Source of the DNA: Promethearchaeota archaeon
Lineage (GTDB): Archaea > Asgardarchaeota > Lokiarchaeia > Sigyniarchaeales > SOKP01
Length of the DNA: 64,000 bases
Reading direction: 5' to 3'
Assembly: GCA_030599585.1 (NCBI GenBank)
Contig: JAUVNS010000003.1
Location: 1 to 64,000 of the forward strand
Positions within the stretch are counted from its first letter, which is position 1. Every line of letters starts with the position of its first letter. A model generated the notes under the pieces. That model worked only from the letters and a program-made list of their open reading frames with translations, was not told where the DNA came from and did no database searches. The position numbers were made by a program, and so were the translations under genes. This document shows positions 1-10,585 of this stretch, piece by piece.

Positions 1-100
1 CTAAATAATCCATTAACTTATCTACTGCGGCTCTACTAACGATTTCGGCTCCCGCTTTTTTCATTAAAGCTCTAAGCGGACTCCATGCGAATGCTGCCAT
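1..100 (-). CDS. Archaeal histone (HMf-like), runs off the window edge; missed by ORF track
   Basis: Manual translation from ATG at 100: MAAFAWSPLRALMKKAGAEIVSRAAVDKLMDYL..., matching histone-fold helix 1/loop 1 (P-x-R-x-x-K-x-x-GA-x-x-VS-x-x-A); GGAGG SD-like motif upstream. Confidence 0.85.
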   Translation of the reverse strand, partial: MAAFAWSPLRALMKKAGAEIVSRAAVDKLMDYL

Positions 101-465
101 TATTTTATTCCTCCACTAATATTTTTTTGTTAATTCCCTCACTTTTTACAAGTTTGGGTTAAATTCTTTAATTTTTAATTTTTGTTTAAAAATGTAAAGT
201 ATTTAAATTAAAATTGGTATTATTCCTATATAAATGTGTTGGTTGATCATTGTTTATCCGAGTGATTTTATCATCCAATTATGGTCGACAAAAAGAATTA
301 TTGTTGCTGAGAAAAAAAAAATTTAATAGCAAAATCAGATCGTAAAAAATGATCAAATGTTGACTTCGGTTGTAAATTTGGATTTAAAGTTGAACTTAAG
401 ACCTAATAATATTGTTGAGATCCTTGACGAGTTTTCAGAAAATATTCTTGTTAGTAAAAGATAGG

Positions 466-525
466 GTAGGTTATAATATGAAACTTCAAATATTCAGTGT
501 TTTTGAGCCACATATTCTAACCTAC
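466..525. repeat. Inverted repeat / long hairpin
   Basis: gtaggttataatatg (466-480) is 14/15 complementary to catattctaacctac (511-525); 30-nt spacer with a weaker inner stem (ttcaaa/tttgag). Confidence 0.75.
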
Positions 526-595
526 TTTTTTATTACTTCTAATCTATAGAAGTTATAATATATAAAATATGTATTTCAATTCTAGACCGTAAAAT

Positions 596-1075
596 TCATT
601 CTATATTTTCAATTACTTTACCGAGATCACTAAAATCATCTTTATGGGCACATCCCTCGCATTCTGATCCCCCGCCACAGTTTTTTTCTGCTAAGTTCAT
701 GCTAATTAAAATATCCCCAAAATTTCTAAAAGGACCAACGTATCCATGAAAATCTTCCAAGATAGTTTTATAGTTTTGGGTAAAAATTTCAGCGATTCTA
801 TGGATTTTAAAATTAATTTCATCTGTATCATCATCAACATCAGTGACAATTACATAAAAGATGTTTGGATCGTTTGGATCTTTAAAAAAATGAAGAGCGA
901 TTTCTTCAAAATTCATAGATTTTATCGAAGTGCCTGTAATTTCTACAGAAAGTTGTTGAACAGCATAAAGATAACTCGAAACGAGATTAATATCTCTACC
1001 TAATGAATGACATTGGCCAAAATCTTGGTTTATTAACACAACCCCCGCTTTAAAAACAAAGACGTTTTGTATCAA
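596..1075 (-). CDS. Longin-like domain protein with C-terminal Cys cluster
   Basis: N-terminal MIQNVFVFKAGVVL beta-hairpin, LVSSYLYAVQQLS helix, IKSMNF and FYVIVTD pattern typical of Asgard longin/sigma-adaptin-like proteins; ends with CGGGSECEGC. Confidence 0.6.
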   Translation of the reverse strand: MIQNVFVFKAGVVLINQDFGQCHSLGRDINLVSSYLYAVQQLSVEITGTSIKSMNFEEIALHFFKDPNDPNIFYVIVTDVDDDTDEINFKIHRIAEIFTQNYKTILEDFHGYVGPFRNFGDILISMNLAEKNCGGGSECEGCAHKDDFSDLGKVIENIE

Positions 1076-1176
1076 AAGTAATCCTAATTTATTTTAATCC
1101 CTAAGTTCAGAATTAAGAAATGAGATATAAATCTTCATTTTATATTTTATCAAGAAAGACTAAGATATAGATTATA

Positions 1177-1992
1177 CTAATCGTCGATCATCCTTTGATG
1201 CCCATTTGGACACGTACCACAAGTGCAGTCGTAAAAACCATCATCATATTCTTCTCTTGCCTTATAATGTTCCCAACAATAGATATTGTCGCATTGAGGA
1301 CAATAGGCATCGAGACCTTCTTGAGAGTGATATTTTTGCATGAACTGATGAACTTCTAATAGATTTTCATTTTTGAGGATATTAAATAACTCACTGGCGA
1401 GTTCCTTTCTTAATGATCTACTATGCGTGATGCCCGTGTAAATAAGCGATTCATGTTCATCGAATCGACCAGTACCAATTCTGTATACAACGGAAATTTT
1501 ACCACAGACTGAACAAAGTAGGTGATATTTTGAAGTAGATACCTTAATAATTCTTGCGATAGGTTTAACAATTGGTATTAACATATCAAATTCAAAATAA
1601 AAAGCGTTCCAGCATTTTTCAAACCTAATTTCAACTACTTTTATAAGAGAAAATACGATTTCTTCTTTATAATATTTTAATTCGCTTATAGATTTAGCTA
1701 ATCGACCTCTTGCGCTGTGTAAAAAGTGTCTAGAATTATCTACATGCTTTAATTTTCCTTTTGAAACCATGTTATATAGTAGTTCCCATGCAGACACGGT
1801 ACTATAATAAATACCTTTTACATCGGAAATCCATAAGTTTTTAGTTACTTCGTCCAATTTCTTACGGGAGTTTAAAAAATCTACGATACCATCTTTTATA
1901 TCCTCGAGATCTTGGATGTAATCTCTAATCTTCCAAATTCTCTCTAATGCATCTTTTTTATCGCTTAATTTTTCATCGGTACTCATAAGCAA
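1177..1992 (-). CDS. Hypothetical protein with Zn-binding motifs
   Basis: 271-aa ORF; CSVC, YCPQCDNIYCWEH and CTCGTCPNGH motifs. Confidence 0.6.
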   Translation of the reverse strand: MLMSTDEKLSDKKDALERIWKIRDYIQDLEDIKDGIVDFLNSRKKLDEVTKNLWISDVKGIYYSTVSAWELLYNMVSKGKLKHVDNSRHFLHSARGRLAKSISELKYYKEEIVFSLIKVVEIRFEKCWNAFYFEFDMLIPIVKPIARIIKVSTSKYHLLCSVCGKISVVYRIGTGRFDEHESLIYTGITHSRSLRKELASELFNILKNENLLEVHQFMQKYHSQEGLDAYCPQCDNIYCWEHYKAREEYDDGFYDCTCGTCPNGHQRMIDD

Positions 1993-2030
1993 ATTACCTA
2001 GTCGTAATCAATTAAGAAAAATCCACTGTC

Positions 2031-2492
2031 TTACAAATCAATTTTTGTTTCGATAGCAGCTTTTTCAGCGTAAAAGAATCGGCCTGATCCCATAACATCG
2101 ACATGTCTAAAAGTTATCTCGTGGTAGGTAAATAGTTGAGACTTGATTTGATGTTTTAGTTTTAATGTTTTCATTTGCTGTTTGGAGTAAGACTCAGTAA
2201 CTTGTATAATTAATTTTCCTAATTCTGAAACTAACAATTCATCTTCCGATGGATAATATTGGTCTATATCTGCTCCAATCGCAACATTCCCCTTCCGAGT
2301 ACCTCCAGGATTATTCTCAGCGGCATTTCTATGTTTTACAAAATTGGTTATAATCGCTTTTAGATTATTGATACTAGGTTCTCCGATTTCTTCAAGGATT
2401 TTATAAACATTGCTTGGCTTTCTTAGATAATCTTCAAGAGTATCCGGATTAATCTTTGGTTGATAATCAGGAAACATATTTTTTTCGTTCAT
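2031..2492 (-). CDS. Hypothetical protein
   Basis: 153-aa ORF with ATG start and AGGA SD; no recognised motif. Confidence 0.55.
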   Translation of the reverse strand: MNEKNMFPDYQPKINPDTLEDYLRKPSNVYKILEEIGEPSINNLKAIITNFVKHRNAAENNPGGTRKGNVAIGADIDQYYPSEDELLVSELGKLIIQVTESYSKQQMKTLKLKHQIKSQLFTYHEITFRHVDVMGSGRFFYAEKAAIETKIDL

Positions 2493-2618
2493 AATTCCTA
2501 TATTTCAATTCGAGAATAAAAATTTCTCTCTATTACATAAAGGTTTAATACCAATAATGATGTATATTTCTAGAATCTAATAGATTTTTAAGAGAGTAAA
2601 CTTCCCAGTTGATAGTAA

Positions 2619-3197
2619 ATGTCATTTGAACCCGAAAAACAACCACATTATATCTTCAAGATATGCCTGCTCGGTCAAGGAGGTGTAGGAAAAACTTGTA
2701 TTGCGAGAAGGCTGTGCTTTGATACATTCGATGCGAATACGAGACTTACGATAGGAATCGATTTTTACACATATGACCTTCCGATTATTGTAGATGGAAA
2801 TGAAACATTTGTTCGCCTCTCCTTATGGGATTTCGGTGGCCAAGAACAGTTTAAACAAATGTTTAGTTACTATATTCATGGAGCAAACGGAATATTTATG
2901 ATATTCAGCTTGTTCAACCTGAACAACACCTTACTTGGTTTGGATTGGTGGTATGAACATCTTATAAAACAGAAGCAAGGGCAAACTCCAAAGTTACTAA
3001 TCGGATGTAAAAGTGATTTAGCAAAAAAACTGGAAAAAGTTGATGAGTTAGTCATAGAAAATTTTCGAAAAAAACATAAAGATGTTGATTTTTTTAAGAC
3101 TTCTGCTAAGAAAAACTATAATGTAAAAGAAATTTTCGTAGAGATGACCAAGAACATCTTGGATACTCATAACTTTAAGTATGATAAACTGCTCTAA
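2619..3197 (+). CDS. Rab-like small GTPase
   Basis: G1 GQGGVGKT, G2 TIG, G3 WDFGGQ, G4 CKSD, G5 SAK; no CAAX. Confidence 0.92.
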   Translation: MSFEPEKQPHYIFKICLLGQGGVGKTCIARRLCFDTFDANTRLTIGIDFYTYDLPIIVDGNETFVRLSLWDFGGQEQFKQMFSYYIHGANGIFMIFSLFNLNNTLLGLDWWYEHLIKQKQGQTPKLLIGCKSDLAKKLEKVDELVIENFRKKHKDVDFFKTSAKKNYNVKEIFVEMTKNILDTHNFKYDKLL

Positions 3198-3213
3198 AAA
3201 ATCCTTTAACACT

Positions 3214-4170
3214 TTATATTATAACCACAATTACTCCTAAAATCGTAGCAAGTACTCCTAAAAAACCGTATTTACTAATTCTTTCTTTATTCAACCAATA
3301 GGTCAGTGGAAGCGAAAATAAGGGGCTTGCACTCGCTAATAATGACATCACAATGGCTCCAGCTGTGTGAGCAGCTTCAGTATATAAATATGCTCCTAAA
3401 GAAGTACCAATAATGGATGCTATCAGCAGAATAAACCATGTTTTAGAAGGCTTTCTAAATGAGTAAAAATTTTGGTTCGCATCACCAAATCTATTTTCTC
3501 TCCAAACCATTAACAACAAAATTGACAGAGCAAATGGAAATCGAATTACATTGCTAATAATAGAACTTATTCCTTTTGTAACTAAGATTTGATCAATTTG
3601 ATTTGTTACAAAATCTATTATGACAAGACCAATAGCCCATCCAAGCGAAGCGATTAATGCATAGACGATTGGTTTATAGGAAGGATGGGAATTTAATTTT
3701 TGAGGATGAATTTTTGAATCGAGAGCGTTTTTGTTTTCAGCGTTTATTTTGGATTTCCCTATCACTATAATCCCTGACCCAATAAGAACAATCGATATAA
3801 TTATCTTATAGTCAAAAGTATGGTTTAAAAAAAGCAATGATAGAATGACGGTAAACAAAGGAAATGTCATGGAAATCGCTAAAGCAAGCGTAGTACCAAG
3901 TTCTTTTTGGGCTTTAAAATATGCTGTGTCTCCAATTACTTGTCCAAAAAGAAAACTTAGAAATGTTATTATCCATAAATTCCATGGTAATAAAAATATA
4001 TATGTAAAAATACCTAAAATAACAGCGATTACTATAAATGTTAACGTTCCAATTGCAGTGCGAAAAAAGTTAATGAAAACAGGGCTAGCATGCTTTTCAG
4101 TTTTTCGAAAGAGGACATTTGATACAACAAAAGTTAAGACTGCGAAAATTGCGATTAATTCTCCAGTCAT
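3214..4170 (-). CDS. DMT/EamA family transporter
   Basis: About 10 TM helices in two EamA-like halves (FFRTAIG, GDTAYFKA, SPLFSLPLTYWLNKERI). Confidence 0.88.
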   Translation of the reverse strand: MTGELIAIFAVLTFVVSNVLFRKTEKHASPVFINFFRTAIGTLTFIVIAVILGIFTYIFLLPWNLWIITFLSFLFGQVIGDTAYFKAQKELGTTLALAISMTFPLFTVILSLLFLNHTFDYKIIISIVLIGSGIIVIGKSKINAENKNALDSKIHPQKLNSHPSYKPIVYALIASLGWAIGLVIIDFVTNQIDQILVTKGISSIISNVIRFPFALSILLLMVWRENRFGDANQNFYSFRKPSKTWFILLIASIIGTSLGAYLYTEAAHTAGAIVMSLLASASPLFSLPLTYWLNKERISKYGFLGVLATILGVIVVII

Positions 4171-5624
4171 GAAGCTACTTTCCTCTTTTTACCATATTCG
4201 TATAACTTTAGAAACGACTTTGCTGCGCTCTCTATTGATTCGTATACGAAAAATCCATCGTTTTTTAGTCTGTTGGATAAAGTCTTACGTGATTCGCTAG
4301 GATACTGTGGTAATATAATCACAAAGATTTTATCTAAAGATTCTACATGTTTTCTAATTCCTAGTAAATTACTGTAAAAATTTGTAAATTTCTCATCATC
4401 TAAAGTCCTCCAAGCATCAGTTACTACTAATACTAAATCGACAGTGTCATCTATCGCTGCCTTACAAACCTCCAAATACACTTTTCTTGAAACAATCCAA
4501 GGTATATCCAAAGGATTAGTTAAACTCCCAACCCTAATAGGATATATTTGTTTTAGAGTGTCTAGTTTTTTTCCTGATATAATCGGTAGGTTCAAACCTA
4601 ATTCAGTCAAAAGATCCGTAGCTAAAATTCCAAAACCTCCAGACCATAAAATTACTAAAACATTTTTGGATTTGGGATACTCCACCTCTTTCTTTCTATC
4701 TTTATAACTTTGTAAGTGTGTGGAAAATAGGTAAGTATAATCGATTAACTCATCTAAAGACGGTGGAACCTCAATAATTGGTGTCTGTTTAAATATTGCT
4801 TTCCATATATTACTTTTTGATGCCAAGGAGCCCGTATGGGTCAATACTGCAGCTTGACCTCTCTCAGTCCTACCTCCGCGCATAAAGAGTACGGGTTTTT
4901 TCATATTTTTGAATACTTCGAAGAGCTTTCTTCCCTCATTTTCTTGTAAAACAGGTAGACCCTCGAAATATACGCAAATAACTTGCGTTTCATTGTCATT
5001 GTTTAAGTATTGTAATAATTCGGAAACTTGAATATCAACGCAATTTCCTACGCTTACCCCTTTCGAATATCGTAAATTGTATCTTCGAGCACCAAACTTA
5101 ACCATCTTAGAATGCAAATCTCCTGACTGAAAGATTAATCCCACCTCCCCACTTTCAATTGGAAACGAGGAATAATACGCTATCTTTCCATGGGGACAGT
5201 ATAAACCCATACAATTTGGGCCTATGCTTCTCGTAGAGGGATAGGCATTAAGAATTTCTTTAATTTTCCTTTCAATTTTTGCACCTTTTTCATCAAATTC
5301 TCCAGTACCCGCTGTAAAAATATGAATAAACTTAATTTTCTTACGAGATAATAAGTTTGATAATTCTTTAATCAAATTGTCTCTTCTAACGGATAAAATA
5401 ACGAGATCGATCGAATCAACAGGGACATCTTCGACAGATTTTATGCATTTAACGCCTAATAGTTCTTCAACTTTAGTAGAAACGAGATAGAGATTTTCCA
5501 AATTGTATCCCTGTCTAATAAATCCATCAACAAAAAATGAAATTTTTGGCTTTGCATCATATATTAGGACATTTTTTGGTTTAAACATTCGTTCAAATGA
5601 CATTATTTCATTTCCCGTTTCCAA
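4167..5624 (-). CDS. Acyl-CoA synthetase (NDP-forming) alpha-subunit-like CoA-binding protein
   Basis: MFKPKNV, IGPNCMG, FQSG, SVGNCVD, THTGSLA (phospho-His), NPLD motifs; true start probably the second Met (MSFE). Confidence 0.85.
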   Translation of the reverse strand: METGNEIMSFERMFKPKNVLIYDAKPKISFFVDGFIRQGYNLENLYLVSTKVEELLGVKCIKSVEDVPVDSIDLVILSVRRDNLIKELSNLLSRKKIKFIHIFTAGTGEFDEKGAKIERKIKEILNAYPSTRSIGPNCMGLYCPHGKIAYYSSFPIESGEVGLIFQSGDLHSKMVKFGARRYNLRYSKGVSVGNCVDIQVSELLQYLNNDNETQVICVYFEGLPVLQENEGRKLFEVFKNMKKPVLFMRGGRTERGQAAVLTHTGSLASKSNIWKAIFKQTPIIEVPPSLDELIDYTYLFSTHLQSYKDRKKEVEYPKSKNVLVILWSGGFGILATDLLTELGLNLPIISGKKLDTLKQIYPIRVGSLTNPLDIPWIVSRKVYLEVCKAAIDDTVDLVLVVTDAWRTLDDEKFTNFYSNLLGIRKHVESLDKIFVIILPQYPSESRKTLSNRLKNDGFFVYESIESAAKSFLKLYEYGKKRKVAS

Positions 5625-6216
5625 TTATTTCCCCTAATTCTTCTCTTAAATAAGTATTACAGTTATAACAATATTTAGGTTTTGACTCGAATTTAGCTCC
5701 ACATTGAGGGCATTCTGATCTATTTTTTAATTCGATATTCGTTATATCTTCTTTCATTTCTTCATTTCTAATTAATTTTAATAATAATGATAAAACTATG
5801 GAAATTATCACGAGTGTAATTGCTAGTGCGATAGTTTCGACTAAAAAAGTTGGGAATATAGAATTAAACGATGTTTTTGAATACCTCCAATAGAAAACAT
5901 AAAAAAAGAAATTAGGAAAAAAGAATGTTGTTAAATTCATTGAATAGGCTTTTCTGAAATTGTTAAAAATTAGAATTGGTAATAATGATACAATTACCCA
6001 TATAATATTTATATATAAAAAACCAAAACTTGTGTTATATAAAATTATGTTAGCAAGAAATTGGATTACATATTGTTGTTCGCCTGCTCTAGGGTCAGTA
6101 CTCAAATCAAAATCAATTTGAATTCGATAACTAAATATAGCGCTAGATATCAGCAAAATTGATATTTGAAGGCAGAAAATCATTATTTTACTTTTAAATA
6201 GCGACTTTATTTTCAT
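5608..6216 (-). CDS. Membrane protein with C-terminal zinc ribbon
   Basis: About 4 hydrophobic helices then CPQCG-x-YCYNC. Confidence 0.7.
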   Translation of the reverse strand: MKIKSLFKSKIMIFCLQISILLISSAIFSYRIQIDFDLSTDPRAGEQQYVIQFLANIILYNTSFGFLYINIIWVIVSLLPILIFNNFRKAYSMNLTTFFFPNFFFYVFYWRYSKTSFNSIFPTFLVETIALAITLVIISIVLSLLLKLIRNEEMKEDITNIELKNRSECPQCGAKFESKPKYCYNCNTYLREELGEIIGNGK

Positions 6217-6404
6217 TATTCCTTGAGTGAATCCATCATAAAATAAACTACTTGATATAAAGTAATAAAAGAATAGATAAAAAAATGTCTAATCCGAAAA
6301 ATTTTTAATATTTGCTTGCTTATTTCCTCTATAGTGCAGAACTTGTTAACTTATTCTTTATTGTTTTATAGTTTTAATTCAAAAATTGAGGTTATTTTAG
6401 ATTT

Positions 6405-9347
6405 ATGAGTTATTCATTCAGTCGTACTAAATTAGTTGAAAAAATCAAATTCGGGTTATTAAGTCCCGATGAAATTAGAAAAATGTCTGCTGCTCGGATA
6501 ATTACGGCAGATACTTATGATGAAGATGGTTTACCAATTCCTAGTGGACTTATGGATCAACGGTTAGGAACTATTGAGCCGGGACAGAGATGTCAGACTT
6601 GTGGCAACCTTGTAAGTAATTGTATGGGGCACTTTGGCCATATAGAATTAGCAAGGCCCGTTATTCATGTCGGTTATGCGAAAAAAGTCCTTAAAGTCCT
6701 TAGAAGCATCTGTCCTGAATGCTCACGGTTAATGCTAACAGTAGAAGAAATGGAATTATTCAGACAGGAACAAATAAAGCACCGTAGAATTTTCTTTGAA
6801 GATGATGAAGATGCTACAAAGAACGTGTTTAAGCAGGCAAGAAAAAGCAAAGCTTGTCCATATTGTGGCGCAAAAAAGAAAAAAATTGTAATTGAAAAAC
6901 CTACTACTTTTTATGAAGAAGAAGAAACTAAGGGCTCCCGAAGGATTACTCCTATTGAAATACTAGAACGTCTTACAAAAATGACTGATAATGACCTTAG
7001 GATTTTTGGAGTATCCCCTGAAAATGCGAGACTTGAATGGGTAATATTTACAGTCTTGCCAATCCCACCAGTTTGTGCTCGACCATCTATTACGTTAGAT
7101 AGTGGGATTAGGTCTGAAGATGATTTAACCCACAAGCTAGTTGATGTTATTCGTATTAACCAAAGACTTAGAGAAAATATTGATGCGGGTGCACCTCATC
7201 TCATCGTTGAGGATTTATGGGAATTACTTCAGTATCATATCACAACTTATTTCGATAATCAGGTTTCTGGAATTCCACCCGCGAGACATCGATCTGGAAG
7301 AGCGTTAAGAACTCTTACGCAACGATTAAAAGGGAAAGAAGGAAGGTTTAGAAGTAATTTAAGTGGAAAAAGAGTTGATTTTTCCGCACGCTCCGTAATT
7401 TCTCCAAACCCTTTTATTAGTATTAATGATGTAGGAGTGCCATTGGAAATAGCAAAAATTTTAACCATACCTACAAATATAAACGATTGGAACATCGAGG
7501 AGATGAAACAACTCGTTCTTAATGGACCTTTTCATCACCCTGGAGCAAATTACATAATTAGAAGCGATCGTAGAAGAATAGATTTACGGTATGTCAAAAA
7601 TCGTAAAATAATTTCAGAAATGCTCGCTCCAGGATATACAGTTGAACGACATTTAGCTGATGGTGATTTGGTTTTGTTTAATCGACAACCATCCCTTCAT
7701 AGAATGTCTATTATGGCTCACGAGGTTAAAATAATGGATGGTCGAACTTTTAGGTTAAATTTAACTGTTTGTCCACCCTATAACGCCGATTTCGATGGTG
7801 ATGAAATGAATTTGCATGTTCCACAAAGCGAAGAGGCTCGAACTGAAGCCGAACTACTACTGAAAGTTCAAAACCACATATTATCCCCGAGATTTGGTGG
7901 TCCAATCCTAGGAGGAATTCAAGACTTTATTTCCTCTGTTTTTCAATTTACTAGTTTAGACTCAGTTTATAACAGAAAAGACGCGTTAAAATTACTATAC
8001 CTTGGAGATGTCTTTAATACTAAACCAGATTTTAGTTTAGATGATATTGTTCCCTTTAAAACCGATCCTGAGCCGTTATACTCAGGAAAACAAATTTTTA
8101 GCACTCTTTTTCCGAACGATTTGAATATAAAAGTAAAATCGAAATTTTGTAAGAAGTGTGACGTTTGTAAGGAAGAAGGTTGTGAATACGACGCTTATGT
8201 GGTAATTAAAAATGGTATTCTTATAACGGGAACAATTGACGAAAACTCATTTGGTGCTATGCAATCTAATAGTATACTACAGCGTGTAATTAAAGACCAT
8301 GGAAACGCTCGAGGGAGAGAATTCTTAGACAACGCTACAAAAATGCTATTGTACGTTATCCGCCAGAATGGGATGACAATGGGATTGGATGAAGTTTATG
8401 TTTCCGGGGAAGCTTATGAAAAAATTCAGACAATCTTAAAAGATGCTAATGCTGAATCAGGAAAACTAATCAAAGCGTATTACGAAAACGATACAACGGT
8501 TTTGAGAAGAGCCCCAGGACGTTCTATGCGCGAAACACTCGAACTTAGAATTCGTCAATTGTTAGCAGAAGCGAGAAAAATGGCTGAAGAAACTGCAGCT
8601 CTCCATATTGGAGACGAAGCTCATTCAGTCATTATGACAAAATCGGGAGCTAGAGGAAATATATTAAATTTAGGACAAATGTCCGCTGTAGTGGGTCAAC
8701 AAGCGATAAGAGGTGAAAGAATTAATAGAGGATACAGTTCAAGGACTCTTCCACATTTTAGAGTAGAAGATTTAACACCTCAAGCAAGAGGTTTTGTCGA
8801 AAGTTCTTACCGAAAAGGACTAAATCCCGAAGAATTCTTTTTTCACGCCATGGGTGGTCGAGAAGGTCTAGTTGATACTGCTGTTCGTACTTCTACTAGT
8901 GGTTATATGCAAAGACGGTTGGTAAACGCTTTGCAAGATATGATCATCGAAAATGATGGGACTGTAAGGAATAGTGATAAAAATATTATCCAATTCCGCT
9001 ATGGTGATGACGGTATCGATCCTATGCATACCGACCATTCTGATGCTGTAAATCTTGATGTTCTTCTGCTCAAAGCTAAAGCACTTGATTTATCCGAAAT
9101 TCGTGAGGAAATTAAAAAAAGTCCAAAACCTAAAGCTACAACTAAAAAACTCCCCGCTAAAAAACCTGCACCCAAGAAAAAAGCCCAAGATAAGCCTAAA
9201 AAGCAAGAGAAAGCAGTTAAAAAAGTTCAGACTCTCAGTGAAGATGATTTGAGGGAAATGTATCACGCAGAGACGGATAAAAACGCAGAATGGAGAGGAA
9301 AACTCACAAAAGGATATTTAGAGTGGAAAAAAAAAAGATTAGGATAA
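6405..9347 (+). CDS. rpoA1: DNA-directed RNA polymerase subunit A' (Rpo1N)
   Basis: NADFDGD active site, CxxC/GHFGHIEL, GGREGLVDTAVRT; extra Lys-rich C-terminal tail. Confidence 0.98.
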   Translation: MSYSFSRTKLVEKIKFGLLSPDEIRKMSAARIITADTYDEDGLPIPSGLMDQRLGTIEPGQRCQTCGNLVSNCMGHFGHIELARPVIHVGYAKKVLKVLRSICPECSRLMLTVEEMELFRQEQIKHRRIFFEDDEDATKNVFKQARKSKACPYCGAKKKKIVIEKPTTFYEEEETKGSRRITPIEILERLTKMTDNDLRIFGVSPENARLEWVIFTVLPIPPVCARPSITLDSGIRSEDDLTHKLVDVIRINQRLRENIDAGAPHLIVEDLWELLQYHITTYFDNQVSGIPPARHRSGRALRTLTQRLKGKEGRFRSNLSGKRVDFSARSVISPNPFISINDVGVPLEIAKILTIPTNINDWNIEEMKQLVLNGPFHHPGANYIIRSDRRRIDLRYVKNRKIISEMLAPGYTVERHLADGDLVLFNRQPSLHRMSIMAHEVKIMDGRTFRLNLTVCPPYNADFDGDEMNLHVPQSEEARTEAELLLKVQNHILSPRFGGPILGGIQDFISSVFQFTSLDSVYNRKDALKLLYLGDVFNTKPDFSLDDIVPFKTDPEPLYSGKQIFSTLFPNDLNIKVKSKFCKKCDVCKEEGCEYDAYVVIKNGILITGTIDENSFGAMQSNSILQRVIKDHGNARGREFLDNATKMLLYVIRQNGMTMGLDEVYVSGEAYEKIQTILKDANAESGKLIKAYYENDTTVLRRAPGRSMRETLELRIRQLLAEARKMAEETAALHIGDEAHSVIMTKSGARGNILNLGQMSAVVGQQAIRGERINRGYSSRTLPHFRVEDLTPQARGFVESSYRKGLNPEEFFFHAMGGREGLVDTAVRTSTSGYMQRRLVNALQDMIIENDGTVRNSDKNIIQFRYGDDGIDPMHTDHSDAVNLDVLLLKAKALDLSEIREEIKKSPKPKATTKKLPAKKPAPKKKAQDKPKKQEKAVKKVQTLSEDDLREMYHAETDKNAEWRGKLTKGYLEWKKKRLG

Positions 9348-9376
9348 TTTATTAAATTTTATAAAGGTCAAATGAA

Positions 9377-10585
9377 ATGGGAAAAGTAACTAAAGCAATT
9401 TTAGAGGAAAACTTAAAAATACTCACAGAAGATGGTATTCCTGAAGATCTCATTAATAGAATCAGAAATCGTATCAAAGATGAAGCTCTTGAAGAAGAAC
9501 AGCTGGAATACCTTTTAAATAAGATTTACATTAATTTTAATAACGCTATTGTCGAAACTCATGAACCTGTAGGAACAGTAGCTGCTCAAAGTATTGGAGA
9601 ACCCGGAACACAAATGACTTTGAGAACTTTTCACTACGCAGGCGTAGAAGAATTCTCAGTCACTCAAGGTCTTCCTAGACTCATAGAAATAGTAGATGCT
9701 CGACGCTTTCCAAGTACTCCTCAACAAACAATTTATTTAGAAGAACCTTATAATCAAAGTGAAGAGAAGGCTATTGAAGTTCACAAAAGAATCGAACAAA
9801 TTCGCATTGAACAAATTACTCATGATGTTGACTTAGATTTTGTCAACTGGAACATCATCATCAACTTAATACCCGAAATTTGTGAGAAACGCGGTATCGA
9901 TATAGAAGGTATCCCTGAAATATTAAAAAGATATAAAAAGAAGGGAACAATTAAACGCGAAGGTAATTCTATAATAATCGATCCTCAGATAGAAGATATT
10001 CAGAATCTGCAGAAATTAAGAGAAAAGATACTTAAAAAAGTAGTGAAGGGTGTCCGTGGTATTAAAAGAGGGTTACTAACTCTAACCGACGATAGAAAGG
10101 AATGGGTTATTAAAACCGAAGGAACAAATATGCATGGCGTCGTTCAAATCGAAGGAGTAGATATTACTCGGACTGTATCAAATCATATTCATGAAATTGA
10201 AAAACTCTATGGAATCGAGGCAGCTCGAAACATGATAATTAAAGAGGCTCAAAAGGTTTTAGAACAACAAGGTTTAGATGTTGATAAAAGACATCTCCTT
10301 ATTTTGTCCGATTTAATGTGCGTAGGGGGCTCAATTCAATCAATTGGAAGACATGGAATTTCAGGTTCTAAGACGAGTGTATTTGCCAGAGCAGCGTTTG
10401 AAGTCACAGTAAATCAATTACTAGATGCAGGATTGTATGGTGAAGAAGAGAAATTGCTCGGAATTCCCGAAAATGTTATCATAGGACAAATCAGTCCCAT
10501 CGGTACGGGTCGTGTAAATGTAATGTTCGATTTAGATGCTAACCTCAAAATATTAGAACAGTTAGGAAAAACCGATAATACATAA
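9377..10585 (+). CDS. rpoA2: DNA-directed RNA polymerase subunit A'' (Rpo1C)
   Basis: [31 protein letters not shown] motifs. Confidence 0.98.
   Translation: MGKVTKAILEENLKILTEDGIPEDLINRIRNRIKDEALEEEQLEYLLNKIYINFNNAIVETHEPVGTVAAQSIGEPGTQMTLRTFHYAGVEEFSVTQGLPRLIEIVDARRFPSTPQQTIYLEEPYNQSEEKAIEVHKRIEQIRIEQITHDVDLDFVNWNIIINLIPEICEKRGIDIEGIPEILKRYKKKGTIKREGNSIIIDPQIEDIQNLQKLREKILKKVVKGVRGIKRGLLTLTDDRKEWVIKTEGTNMHGVVQIEGVDITRTVSNHIHEIEKLYGIEAARNMIIKEAQKVLEQQGLDVDKRHLLILSDLMCVGGSIQSIGRHGISGSKTSVFARAAFEVTVNQLLDAGLYGEEEKLLGIPENVIIGQISPIGTGRVNVMFDLDANLKILEQLGKTDNT

Noticed and set aside
453-598. Hairpin as a SECIS element recoding the TGA of the 596-1075 gene
   Set aside because: No AUGA/GA quartet on the coding (minus) strand, and read-through gives only an unremarkable 18-aa extension
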